Shown here piece by piece: positions 26,483-39,946 of a stretch of 64,000 bases of DNA (within the stretch, counting starts at the first letter, position 1; each line of letters starts with the position of its first letter). The stretch lies in the NCBI GenBank assembly GCA_009103225.1, contig RHPI01001559.1, positions 66,274-130,273 of the forward strand. Reading direction: 5' to 3'. Below the pieces are notes generated by a model, which had not been told where the DNA came from, did not search any database, and saw only the letters and a list, made by a program, of their open reading frames with translations. Origin of the DNA: Chlorokybus atmophyticus (Eukaryota; Plantae; Mesostigma and Chlorokybus algae). Made by a program: the position numbers and the translations under genes.

Positions 26483-27458
26483 ATGGCGTCGCTGTTCGGT
26501 AGGGCCGCGAGGGCCGGGGCGAGGGCGTCGCAGCGTTTGAGAGGCGGCGCTGGCCCGCCTGGAGGCTGGTGGGGTCCTGGCACGCAGGTACACCCCCAGC
26601 AGCACAGAGCACATTTGGGTTGCCTGCATGTCACAATCCAGAATCGTTCCATTTGTTGATGTACTGGAGTGGTCACTGAACGTAGTAATGCCCGCCGCAA
26701 GCAAGTCGGTTGCAATGCATGTTTAGTCAGTCGGCATTGCTGCATTGCGTACAGCGTCTTGCAAGGAGACTTCAGGGGCGTCTGGGTCAAGTACGAGATG
26801 ACACACACGGTTGTTTTAGCATGAACACTAATGCCTGTTCTTATTATTTCATACTTGCATGGGCATGGCGGATTTTCGGGCATGTTCTACAAGCCGGTAT
26901 GTATGTGCCATATGGTTGCTATCTGTCTAAGAAGTGGTTAGCACGCTCAAAGCAGCTCCTGCATTGACTGTCGCACAATACTTACAACAGCAGTGATGTC
27001 GATGGTCAATTCAATAACAACATCGTATGTCTGCATCACCGGCAGCCACACTTGAACTTCTGCACTGTAGGCGTCCATGTCCATGAGCATCAATACACAA
27101 ACGCATCAATGCACGCATTGCCCATTGGGTCCAATGTTGTTGCACAGTAACGATGTCAGTGACACTCACTCATTCCGACCTGTGTGTGATGCAGAGCGGG
27201 CGCAACGGCAACCTGTTTGGAGAGACGCCTCTGCCGCCGGGTGTCGCAAGGAAGTGGGAGGACTGGGAGCTGCCGTGGTACCTCACGATGGGGACAGCAA
27301 CAGTGATGCTTGCGGTGGGACTTAACTCGCAGCCGGACACCACCATCACCACGTGGGCCCGCAAGGAGGCCCTCGCACGCCTCGCTGCCGAGGGGGACTC
27401 TGCCGCCGCCGCTACAATGGAGGACGAAGCTGCTGCTGAGGAAGAGGCCGAAGAGTGA
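26483..27458 (+). CDS. NDUFB11: Complex I subunit NDUFB11 (ESSS), 2 exons (26483-26587, 27195-27458)
   Basis: Presequence MASLFGRAARAGARASQRLRGG; NGNLFGETPLPPGVARKWEDWELPWY, a TM segment, and GLNSQPDTTITTWARKEALARL, matching plant NDUFB11 as remembered. Confidence 0.9.
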
Positions 27459-28923
27459 GGACCCTTACTTGATCAACACTCCAGTGAGACAACCTTGTTT
27501 TGTATCTCTTGCTCTCGCTCACTGGTATTCTCGCCCTACTGCTGATTGGCAGTTACTAATTGAACTGGTGATTTCGCCATGTACATTTTTCGTGTTGCGT
27601 GAAACTTCAGACGAGGTGTAGTTTTCAGCACATTATCAGCTGAGACGGTCGCATACTAGCTGCATCTATGTGGCTAGCTTGGATGTGAGAAAGCGGGTCC
27701 GCATAGCTGGGGCTTAGCATACAGGATACACATGGGCAGCTTGGCTGTGTCACAACGTGTACATGAGAGCTGCGCTTGTCGCCTTGCAAACATTGGCAGC
27801 ACACTTTACATCTTGCACGCGCACAACAAATTAGCCTTGATTTGTTCAGGTTTGTACAATATATCCCATGTACAAACAATGCGTGGCGTGCTTGCTCATG
27901 CATCGCGTCATGCATATGTCATCACGCAGACAGCAACCAGCAGGCGCACACTCTCACATATATTCAACCACCGGGCTACACTACTACATCTAGGCCAACA
28001 ACTACACCACCACCCCGTTAGTCATGCAAGCATGCATGCAGCAAAATGCAATATCCTGTACAAGCACGAGTAGCAGCGTCAATGACGGCAGTCAACGGCT
28101 GTAGTGTGGCAGCAGCAGCAACGCAACATGCAGCACAGCAACGGCCCTCCCTCCCTCCCTCTCTCCGTCACCCCAATCCTCCTTCCACGCTCTCTCTCTC
28201 TTCCCTCCCCTCCCCCTCCTCCACCTCTCCCTCCTCCTCCTCCTCCCACTCCGCCGCCGTTGCCGTCGCAACCCTTGCCGTTGCTGGTCGGGCAGGGCCC
28301 CACTGCCCCGCCCCTCTGCCCCACCCCTCAGGCCTCCCCCTTCCCGTGCAGTGACAGTAGCTCATATTCCGGTTAGGTTTGCAGTGTGCAATGGGCAGAA
28401 GTGTGTGGCTTCTTGCAGTCTATGGTACCATCGCAGTTCCTGCAGTCTTCTATTGTAAGCAGTGTGCCTTTGGTTTCCTCACCTAAATTGCTGATCACAG
28501 TGAATCAACTGTACGGTAATGACGCTTTATTGCGCCAAGGACTGTCAACACCACCTGCCAACAAGGAGCAAAAGCCATCCACCAACGCCAAGCAGTCCGC
28601 TCACACTCCTTGATTACTCGCTTTCTATGGTGGTGTACATCAAATGCAGGACATGCATGCGCATGCACAACGTGTAGTCCAGTTAGCTGTCCTACCAGTC
28701 TGCAGGTCCATAACTACCACCATATCGTCCTGCTGCCCCGCCTAACCTAACAGTAGCAAAGCACTCTACAACTTGCCAATTGCAGTGTAACAACATGTCA
28801 CATCAGCCTAACCTAACTCCTCAACATGTGCCTCTCCCCCACCAACAACCCCAACAATTGCAGCGACTCCAACTCAACAATCCTGCGTGAGCCCTGCTCC
28901 AAGACCAACCCTTGCAGACCGAG

Positions 28924-30129
28924 CTAACACTTCTTCGCAGGAGCCTTGCTGCGTGCAGGCTCGGGGTTCGCGGCCTCAGCATTCGCAACCTGCTTCTGCA
29001 TTATGTATATGTAGTGGTGTGTGTCAGCGTTAATGACGTCGTCGTTAACTGGCTCAATCTCGCTGGTATTTCTGGATGATGACGTTGATGAGGCGTCCGC
29101 GTAGTTGGGCTTCGGTATCACCATTGTTGTAACAGACCACTGATACTCTTCCAGTTCCAAATAAGACAGTCGGTCCTGAGGCGCGCCATATGACATGATA
29201 ATGTACACGCCCGAGTCCTTCAACACGCGGGCTATCTGCAGAATCCAAGGCATGGAAATATATTGGCTCGACATCATACCACAACAGTGATGTAACCTAA
29301 CACAACCACCGCGCACAGCACCTCTTTGCACATGGCGCCCACGTTGTCTAGCGCATCAGATCCGCAGACAATGGCATCCAGCGTGCCCTTATCAAAAACC
29401 AGATCAAACGTCTTGTCCGCAAATGTCATACGCCGGCAATCCATTGTCATGTATCTGCAGCACACTGCGCATGACTGAGAAACGGTTGATGGATGCATTT
29501 GCTCATGCAGTTAAGCCGTTGCCGCTTGCCGTACTTGATGTCTGGACGGGTTGTTTGACTTCGCCTGCTCATCAACTGCACAACTGGCTCGCTGTAGTCG
29601 ATATTGGTGATGTTTTGGTACCCATCATCGTACATCTGCATAGAACCAGGCATCAACACATCATACACAAAGGCATAGATTGCTGCTGATGAAAAGGTAA
29701 CACATCAGCCTTCCATCCTTCCTACATAATCAAGTTTACCTGCTCGCCAAGTTGGCTGTTGCCGCAGCCAACCTGCAAAATAGCACCGTCCTTCTTTGCA
29801 TACTGATCAAACAGCGGTCTAAGCGCATCGTAGCTGTTGTACCTGCACAACAACCGTAGTTTGCTGATGCGAGCTGCAGTTGCAAAAACCTGCAACAGGT
29901 CGCCAACCATGCATGTAAGCTTGCACATGAGTGCACGGATGTGCTGCCCCACACAAGCACACATGTGTATGCACATGCGCGCGTGGATGCATGCGCACAC
30001 TAGCGCACCTGCGCACACCTATATACGCATACATGCGCGCTTGTGCTTAAACACTTACCAGTCAAACAGCTGGTCCCCGCTCCCATAATACCTCTGATTC
30101 CAGAAGCCCTTATCACCATACTCCGGCAT
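28924..30129 (-). CDS. Class I SAM-dependent methyltransferase, EEF1AKMT4/METTL13-N-like; 5 exons
   Basis: MPEYGDKGFWNQRY, FDW|Y, ILQVGCGNS (motif I), ITNIDYSEPVV, MDCRRMTFADKTFDLVFDKGTLDAI, ARVLKDSGVYIIMSYGAP, HYIYIMQK. Confidence 0.88.
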
Positions 30130-32054
30130 TGTTATCAAGCTTTGCTGATGAGCCCACCCGCGCGGGGGCAAACGCAATCCGAGAGGCTCAAGAAGCTGTT
30201 CGGCGTCAGCCTTAGCCTCGCTGCCAAGCGACAGCATACATGCATGTAAGCTGAGCAGAACAGAATAAGACTGAGCATGACAACTCGTGCTCTGATGTCA
30301 TCAGTACGTAATGCAGACCAACCATAGACGCATCAGCAGCACATCCATTTGGAGCCAGAAAGCTCAGTTTCTCAGCACAGTGGAATGACGCATGCATGCA
30401 TTGCATGCATGAGTCATGCATGCGATGCTCTCAAAACCCTCACGTGCGTCACCAATGGTTATAAAGCAAGCAGCACAACTAACAGTGACATGCTTGCAGT
30501 ATTCCAATCTCTCAGCAAAGCTGCCAACTAGGTTGCTTTAGAACCCTCAAAAAGGAACAGGAGAGACCATCTACCGGTACAAGCAGGGTAATGACCGCAC
30601 TGAATGCATGCGCTGCAGCGCACTCTGCATGGCTCACATAAGCTTACACGCAGTGCTCTAACCTAAGTTGAGCTCTAAACACTGCCCTTGAGAGCGGCAA
30701 AGGCGGAGCGACTGGATCAGCAGCACCTCCGCAGCAGCGAACGTCGCCGGCACGGCGCTTCCTTTCATCAGCAGAGGAGAGCCAGCGTTCCAACAGACAA
30801 TGGAGGAGCAGGCAACGACGACCACAGCCACAGCCCTGACGCCTCCTCCTCCTCCTTCACCGCCGCCGCCGCCGCCACTGCCGCAGCAGTAGCAAGTACA
30901 CAGGCAGAACGGCAAACTACTGCATTCACCCGCATTGTCATCCACTGATTGCACGTATAACGGCGAGCGCCAGCCATCCCCGCAAGGCTCTTTCCTGCAC
31001 GGGGTTGGTGAATATAGAGTTGCCCAACATAAAAAAAGAAGGCAGTACGCCAAACCCCATTCCATTGAGACATGCCGTATTCTCAGGCGTATAGGGATAC
31101 GTCATCTAGACGGCTGAAACATCCTTTTGGGTTACGCTTGACTTGACATATGGTTGGCGGCATTGCTAGCCGCCTCGTTGTCGGCGTGGTGGGCGGTGTC
31201 GGCGGCAGGAGGTCATTTGGGGTGGAGTCGTGGGGACGCGTCGTGGCATATGTCGCTGCGCTTGTTGCTGAGTTGAAAAGTGGAGCGTCTGCATGCCGCA
31301 TGGGCGGCCTGGGCGGGGGCGCCTGCTGATCAACATGACAGTTGAGGCACTGCGCAGTGGCGGGCTGAATGCTAAAGTAAGACTTGTTTCAGTGTGAGAT
31401 CAGCTACCATCGTCGTGTACACCTGTGTGTATGTGAGTCCGTATTTCCAAACCGCAATTGCTCGCACATTGTCATACTGTGGGGCTAAAGGACTGCTCCA
31501 GTGTTGTGTCAACTGGACTGGAATGGACTGGGCTATAAAGCGCAGCTGTGTTCTTGTGTAATTGTTGTGGCATGCATCTAAGGATGTGTACAGCTGGCAT
31601 GAAGCTTAACGTTCAATTAAGGCTTCAAAACAGGCCTTACAAGCACTCTAATCAGACACAGGCACCCCACAATTTCTTTTGCAATTGAGATGAAACCCTA
31701 CAACGACTTATGTGATGTTCCCACTGCGTGATGCAGCTTTACAGCTGCTGTAAAACAGAGTACAGCTCTGAATGTGCCTGCGTTATTCTGGTGCTTCTGG
31801 TGCCAACTTGCGGCAAACTTGTGGCAGAATGCATAGCTGACCCAGCATGTCTCTTCTCTCTCTTTGTGCTTCAGTGCAACGCTCAAGCCCTTGTGGCAAT
31901 TTAAGCGAAGATTAGTAACGCCAACAAGCCTATTACACAGAGAGAGTGAGAGACAGTGACACAGCCAGAGTGAGAGTAAGACAGAGTGTCACAACCATAG
32001 TCATGCTCTTGCTGAGCCAGCTGGAAGGGGAGCAGCGGCAGGCAGGGGGCCAGC

Positions 32055-35000
32055 ATGAGAGTGTCAGTGATGATGGTAAAGCTGAGGCCGCCTCGCGCGG
32101 TGGTGCTGCGCGCGTTTCTGCTAGCCGCTGCGCTCGTTGTGCTTGTCCGCATGGGCGAGATGCTCCGCATGCACCACGTCTATGTCACCGACAACACCGG
32201 TAGCGAGAAGCAGGACGACCATCGCCAACACCACGTCTTCCCAATGACATTCCCATCTGTCCCAACGAGAACAACAACAACAACAACAACTGCCATTACT
32301 ACTACTGCAGCTAAAGTTGCCAACACTGCCGGCTTGCAAGTGAGACCGCTTACGCGCGCCGAGTTTGAGCAGGGCGACCTAGATCAGAAGCCTCACAAGC
32401 CATCATCGTCAGACTTGGAAGTATGTGACACTTGGAGTTGAAATGCGGGAACTTGTATGCATTGTGGTTGTTGTGCACGCACTCAGCGCATCTGTTGTGT
32501 GTAGCAGGGTGACAGGCAGGTGGCTGTAGAAGATGATGCCGGCAGCACGATCTGCCAAAAGCACTGGGCTCAAGGCTTGGAGAAGCTGTTTGAGAGCCAG
32601 CTGAAAGCTTTGCGAGTGTATATAGCGATCAACCTTCACCAGAATGAGAAGGTGTGTATCATGTAATTTGTTGTTGTGGGCACATGGCATCACTGATTCA
32701 ACTATGATTGTGGCAGGTAGCAGCGCAGATGATCAACCAGTTGCACAGGCTTCTGCTCATGATGGACCCAAGCAAAGTTTTCATATCCATCTATGAGAGT
32801 GGAAGCACCGACAGCACACCGATGGTTCTGGGCATCTTTCACAACCTGCTCAGGTGTGCAAGTAATATTCTGGAACCATGTGCACGCAGACGACATGTAT
32901 ACTGTTATGATGTGTATTAAAGTTGCCTTCCAGCATGATGCAGGTCAAGCATAGGATAGTGGGCAGCAAAGAGGACGTGCGCACCGGCGGCACGCAGAGG
33001 ATAGAGTTCCTTGCCGGCATGCGAAACAATGCTCTTCAACCGTTGCTCGCTGAGGGCGCTCAGAAGTACGACAAGGTGCGTGCATGTGCATGTACCTGAT
33101 CACATGGGTGAGCGTGCCCGTGCGCGCGCATGCGCTTGAGCCTGTGTTGAAAATTACTACCGCTAACAACCAGAATGCACGTGTGCATGTCGTGCACATC
33201 ACAATGCAAACGCTCATGCAGTTTGATCCTGGCATATTGCATTGCTGCAGGTTCTGTTCGTCAATGATGTCTTTTTCTGCGCTGAGGACTCGGCACTCTT
33301 GCTACTGCACAATGCGCACATCGCCTCGGGGTTCGATATCTTTGAGGTGGACTGGAAGAGTGGCCAAGTAAAGTACTATGGTACGCATCTTCTAATGTCA
33401 CCAGATGGCGAAGCGAGCGTTCAATGTTGTTATGATTGTTATGCATATGCAACTTGTACAGACTTTTGGGTCGGTCGCGACATCAATGGGGATCGCATAC
33501 CCCCGTACCCGCCCTGGATCACGAGCTCTCCCAACAAGGAGCGCCTTGAACAGGGGCTGCCCTTCCGTGTCTACTGCACGTGGAATGGCATGGTTTCCCT
33601 TGATGCAAAGCTGTTTCAGGTGGGTGTATGCTTTTGTCCCATAAACTGCCCTGCCCGTGTGTTTACGTGTGCGTAGTGTCCGGACGGCCTTAGGCATCAG
33701 CGTGACGCAAGTGCGCTGCTTGTGCTTTCTTGCTTGGTGCTGCTACAAGTTTAAGTTGGTTGTCTCTAATTGAAGTGGACATTTGCAGAAGGATGGGCTG
33801 CTTTTCCGCTTTCGCAACTGGAGAGGGGAGTGTTCCAGCTCAGAGATGACCCATTTCTGTGACGACATTTGGGCGAAGTACGGTCCGGAAACGCGCATTG
33901 TCATCGAGCCTCGTGTGATTGTCACGTACGATATTGACCGGTAGGTGTTGATGTTGTGCTTTGGTTTGCTTGTTGGTTGTTGGTTTGCATGCCTTGAGCA
34001 CACGGCGCTCATCATTCAGGCTGCAAGACATTGCGCTGGCTCGCGAGAAGAAAACTCCCAAAGGCGGCCACATCGACCTGGGCATTGTACGCTGGCTTGC
34101 TTATGCGAGCGTGCATGCATGCGCTTGTGCATATCAGCATGTGCATTTGTGCACAGAAGTCCATATGCATGTGGGCTATGCATACTTACATATGTTTGCC
34201 CAGCACATGCGGAGACTGGCTTTTTATGGCAAACGGACTGTCAATACTGGTTTTCTCGATGTGCAGCACCCCAACCCTTTTCAAAAAGACTACATGCCGG
34301 GTCTGGCGCAGCTGGACAACTTTGCCGAGTCCCTCTCCACAATCCCCAGCGATTACGACGTCCCGGAGTACACGGAGTGCTGCCCGATGCCGGACGGGAC
34401 GGAGTCCGCGAACGAGTGGGACCTCTGCTACAAAGAGCCCACTGTCACCGGACTGTTGCACACGGTAGGGGTGTGTTAATGCTTCCATGTGCCCTGTGGA
34501 CATCTGTAGCCACAGTTACCCATAGCGACGACACTACTTACACTTGTAATGCATGGTGTGTCATGCCACATTCAACATGCGTTTTGTGATAGATCGCATG
34601 TGACTGTCTATGTGTAGGGTGCATAACAGGGCTGCCGCAGGAGAGCCCTGTTATGCACCTCCTGCGGCAGCCCTGTTATGCACCCTACACATAGTCATTG
34701 TCACACGTGAAACTGTCATTTGTCTTTACAATGTAACAAATTCGCTGCTAAACTTCCGTGTTGCACAGGATCCGTGTCCACAGGGCTCTTGTGAGACAAA
34801 CACGTCTTGCCCAGACACTTGGCCTGCGGTTGGGGATGAGCCAGTGTTCATCGCGTTGACATTCCATGAAGATGAGCCGGTGCCAAACAGCTTCAGCTAC
34901 CAGGTGACAGTTGCGTATGTCCATTGAGCACACCACGCTCAGCCATGTCGGCTCCACTGTTTGTGGTCACGTGACACTTGCGTGCATGTGTGTGTGCATG

Positions 35001-35387
35001 CAGATTGAGCTGCTAGCACAGACGTTGAAGTCCCGACTACGCGTGTCGGTGGTTGCGCACGGGAAGAGGGAGCATCCGCCATGGCGTGCACACGTGTTGG
35101 GTATCCTGTGGTCTCTAGGGGTGCCACCACTGAAGCACCAGTGGGCTGCGCCGGGCGAGGATTTCGGGCTGATGCAGTGGCGAGCGATGGAGCGGCATTG
35201 CGGGAAGCAGTTTGTGTTTGTTGTGAACCCGCACAGGGAGTTCTGCGCCTCGAGCATACTCGCCGCATTGAGCGACTCCCAGCGCCAGCCCTGCAAACCC
35301 GCGTACTTCCTCATGCCTGCCCTCCAGTCCCTCCCCCTCATACGTTGCTACTGGGAGTTCTGCCGGTACGGCTCCGACCACACGTAA
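32055..35387 (+). CDS. CAP59/CMT1-like (GT69) type II membrane glycosyltransferase with extended C-terminus
   Basis: N-terminal TM segment, Thr-rich stem, YIAINLHQNE, VFISIYESGSTDST, RIEFLAGMRNNALQPL, VLFVNDVFFC, DFWVGRDING, PFRVYCTWNGMV, ECSSSEMTHFCDDIW. Confidence 0.85.
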
Positions 35388-36239
35388 TTGTACCATATGC
35401 GCAGTGCTTGTGGGCCAATTGTAGCATTCTTTCTTTACGTGTTGACGCCGTCCTTGCGCGTGTGCATTTGACAGCATCACCTGCCATGCATTTGTACAGG
35501 GCGGCTTGAGTTGGTTGTTGTCGTAGCTTTAGGGATATGAGACTGTGTTGGGATGCAACTCGTGCCATTGTGTAATGAAGCTATTGATTGGAAACACTAG
35601 AACAGAAGGATGACATGGTTGAATGTCGCGCTTGCATCATCATTCTAGACGTCAGTTGGGATGCGGGGGATAGTAAATTTACAGTTCACTGGTCTCCACC
35701 TCACGACTTTTGACTCTTGCAAGGCATGAATGCAAACTGATTAAAAGCTTCTTGTCCTATCTTGTCTTGTTGTCTCCTACAATTCGCAGCATATTGTAGG
35801 AGACAGCGTACATTGCTTGCGTGTAGTGCATGGTGCACATTCCTTCCTGCCATCTGTAGCCATACCTTTACGAACAAATCAGGCCAACTTGCACAAAGCA
35901 TTGAAGCATTGTGCGCATAGATGAGACAATGCCTGTTCTGTGACTGTCGGACAACTGGCATGCTGTAGAAGGCGTGATGGCTTGTTATATACCACAGACA
36001 GATGCACCACAGAAACCACTACTCATTCGTGGGAGTTTCAACAGATCCCCAACGTAGGCTACTATGTACCGTTTGTGTACAGTTGAGCGCTGCCTTCACC
36101 AGTGCTCAGTGTGACAAAGAGATTTAGCTATTTCAACCCGACCAACTGCAAGCTTCATCTCAGCTGTTGAGCTGCGCGAGTATTGACACGTGGCCTCTCG
36201 CTGTAGTAGACTACTACATTTGCAGCGTCAGGTATTAGA

Positions 36240-39200
36240 CTAGTGAAAGAATGAGCCAAACGACTTTTTCTTCTTCCTCTTTTCACTGGAACTTGAGCTT
36301 ACTGCTGCAGTCTCCTCCGTGACAGGAATGGACTGGGACGATGCGCCGGGAGTTGATGTTACCGCAGCTGGGTTTGTTCCCGATATCGCAGTGTCAGCTG
36401 CAAGTTGCACATGTGTGAGACTGTGATGAGCATCTTGTGCACATATCGCACATCTTATGCATGTGTCACACATGATGTATGCACACATGCACCTGCACCT
36501 GCACGTGTGCACGTGCATGTTCGTGTGTAAGTGTGTGTATGAGTGCATGCGTGCATTACACAGCACCATATGCGCGGAGTAGCTCAACGCAATCAGCATC
36601 CATCCTTACCAGGGTCGTCCGCAACCACAGGGGCTGATGGTGAGGTAGGCACTCCCTCCATACTCTTGCGCCCATTGCCCATGATCATGCTGCTGCCCTT
36701 CTTCAACCCTGAGAGACGAGGAGTGCTGTAAGTGGACAATACACGCGACCAACATCTGTGCCTGCCACTGTCATGCTGTGCCCAGCGTCAAGCACCCATG
36801 TCACAGTTGATGCAAGGCCACATGTGTTGCTGTTGCAAACCTGATAGGCCGGCACCGCCAATAGCCCCAACACCTGCAAATACAATGCCACATTGGAATA
36901 CAGCATCCTCTCTGTGGACTGGTGCTTGATGCATTGAAACCGAACCCACCCTTGATGCCGGCGCCGCCCACGGCGCTCACCCCCTTGAAGCCAGCACCCA
37001 CGCCCTTCATGGCACCTCCAATTACGGCACCGCCAAGATCGGTAACCGCTCCAACCCCACCTGATCATGTTAGCACACATCAGCACCACAGTTGCAATTG
37101 CAGTTGGCAAGACATCAGCAATACAGCTAGGCTTGCAAGAAGACTTGAGCCACAGCTCAACCAGTGATACTACCTGAGATGGCACTGCCAGTGTCTTTCA
37201 GTAGAGATTGCTTCTTCTGTGCCACTTGCAACCTCTCCTTGACCTGTGTGGGTCAGAATGTGTCTACAAACTCACTAGCAACTGTACACTGTTATAGTGT
37301 GTGCTTGCCACAGGTAATGTGGAGCAGCGTGCCCAGATTAGCGGACCTTGGATGGATCTTCACCAAGGATGTCGAGAACGTCGACCTCAAATTTGCGTGG
37401 CGGGCAGAAGATTTTGCTTACATTTGTTACAATCAATGACCTGTGCGGTTGCACGCAATCAGTTTGTAGTCTGGATGATGTCATGCGCGCAAAGCTGCAA
37501 GTGCTAATTGCTACCATCACATGATCTCATCAACACACCGGATGAGCTGTGCAAAGCCGGGGATGTCGGTGACGGACACGGACACGACAGCCACATCCAC
37601 GTCAATCTTCGGCGGAACCAACATCTGCACTGCCACCAGCTTGACGAACGGGTATGCATTGGGCAGCAGCGTCGCTTCCACCCTCATGCGCGTGTCAAGG
37701 AACAAATTGGACACCTGTTTGGTGAATACATTGTGTACACATGCTTGCACGCATGCACACATGCTTGCATGCGTGCTTGCAAAATTGCGTGGGTACCTTC
37801 ACAGTCATCGGCATGGGTGATATTGTTGGTGTGGCAAACACACGGATGTCAAAGTCGGCATCCCAATACAGCTCAATGTCCATGATGAATTTTGAGGGAT
37901 CGTTGCGATAAACCTGCACAGCGGCTGTTAAGGCAATGATGTTACATGCGCAATGCTGAGCTGTGACTGCAAGCATGCATGCAAGCACACGCATGACACT
38001 TGTGCGTGCACACCATGAAGTTCTTGAGTTTTGGCGGGCGCTTCCCGAGATCAAACTTGCTCAGGCCCATGTCACGCACGCCTGTGGGCTTCTGCTTCTG
38101 CAACTGTGGATTGACCTGCAGGCAAACATTTACCCCTGTGAGCTTCACCAGGCTGCTAACATTGCGATACAAGTCACATGCAAGTAGAAGTGTTGACACA
38201 TCCGTTGGCGCAGTCATGCTATTCAGCTGATCCAAAGCTAGCAAGCAAGGTGTGCTGGCTTTGGAACGAGCCAGTGTGCGTTGCCGCTGTACAGGTATCC
38301 AATACCATACATGAGGGATTGTGGCGTTGGAATACCTGCGCGATGACTGTCTCTGCTATGAACAGGTTGTAGTTGAGCCACACCAAGGAGAAGACTTGAT
38401 TAATCCACTCAACGGACTCATGATCCGGAAACATTTTATTCTGCGGACACACGCATAGTTGCTATCAACTTATTGGCCACTGCATGCCAATATGCTGCGC
38501 ACAAGCAGCCAAGTACGAAGTGATAGGCCTTTGCCACTGGTTTTCCACAACGACCACATGTGTTGAACTTGATGCGTATGAAACAAAGGGTGCAACACTG
38601 CTTGTGGCAAACTTTGGCTGAAGGTCGACACACACATTGTGCATACGCATGCAGTCTGCGGTTGCATGCATGTACCGGCATGTCAACGCAGACTGCATGC
38701 GCATGAGAGCATGCTCTTCTGTGTCTACAGGCACACGCAGGCAATGGCGCGTACCGCATGCTTAAGCAGTTCATCCGCCACCCCGCGACGGATTTTTCGT
38801 TGTATGAGTACGCGCTCGGCACCAATCACAACAGGGAGCACGAGTATACAGAAGAAGAAGCTGAAGTTGTAGCGCGCGAGCACGTATACGAACAGCGCAG
38901 CGAGCGTCCACACTATGCTTGGCTTCAGCAAGTACCCATCCAAATTGGCCGCTATAACCTGAACCAGCATCAGCAACCTTTACCCACCTCACATTGCAAA
39001 GTAGCTTTTAAGGGCTACATGCTTGAGCTGCATTGCATGCTTACGCAGGCCACCATGCAGGCAGTGCTGTTCACAGCACTGCTTGCATGGTGGCAGCATG
39101 TCAACAGTAGCGTAAGGACACAATGCTCACAGCTTGCTTGAGTGCTTGAATTGTCGCTTGAAGCTTTGGGCTCTTGACAGCTGCTTTGGCATCCTTTGTG

Positions 39201-39530
39201 GACGCCGCCGCCTGCCCCACCGTCTCCACCTCCTGGGTGGCCACATCGCCGGCGGGGGCAGCGGTGGACGAGGAGGCAGACGTGGAAGCAGCGTCAGCAG
39301 CAGCTGCTTCTTTGCTCAGCGCCTCGGCAGCTGAGGAGACAGCAACGAGCCGACATTGACCACAAGAATATCCACAGCGACCACAGCTAGCGCACCAACA
39401 GAGCAGAGGACGGCAATGCAGCAGCGCTTTCATGCTCACCTGCATCCACCAGAGCCGGCGCCGAAGCGTCGGCTGTTGCTTGCGGTGCTGCCCTTGGAGG
39501 CGTAGATGGAGCTCTGTCCCAGTCAGCCAT
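36240..39530 (-). CDS. Membrane-anchored SMP-domain lipid-transfer protein (synaptotagmin-like), no C2 domain recognised
   Basis: Hydrophobic hairpin, then ESVEWINQVFSLVWLNY, FDLGKRPPKL, FIMDIELYWDADFDI, MRVEATL..PFVKLVAVQM, IDVDV..VTDIPG, SKIFCPPRKF. Then Gly-rich and low-complexity exons ending KRKKKKSFGSFFH*. Confidence 0.75.
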
Positions 39531-39946
39531 GCCGGTGACAATGCCACCCCAGGATCACCGGCGCCGCCGCCGTCGCCGCCGCCCACCTCACGAGCCACGC
39601 TGCTGCTTGCCTCAGGTCAGTGGCTGACAGTCAGTTTGTTGGCGGCCAAGCGTGCAGTGACTGAACTTCAGTCTGGCATTCACTTAACTGCTGACTGGGA
39701 CGGCATCTGGATACAGTTTATGATTTCACTTTCTTTCTCATCTCAATAGCCCATCAAACAAAGATTGCAAAGTTTATCACATACATGTAGGCCTAAACAA
39801 ATGCGCCCTCAGAATGATGTTCAAGCGTTCAAGAGTCTCCTAGTTGTCAGTGACAACTTGTTGTTGACAACTTGTCAGTGCCGCTGACGGACTTTGACGG
39901 AATGGTTGTGATGGAACTTCAGCCGAGCAGCTTCCATGGGGCAACG

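Noticed and set aside
6430-27458. Clustering of mitochondrial genes (CBSX3-like, IND1, NDUFB11)
   Set aside because: Interspersed with unrelated genes; consistent with chance.
28079-28376. (CCT)n-rich GC island with short ORFs on both strands
   Set aside because: Low complexity only; no supportable coding exon.
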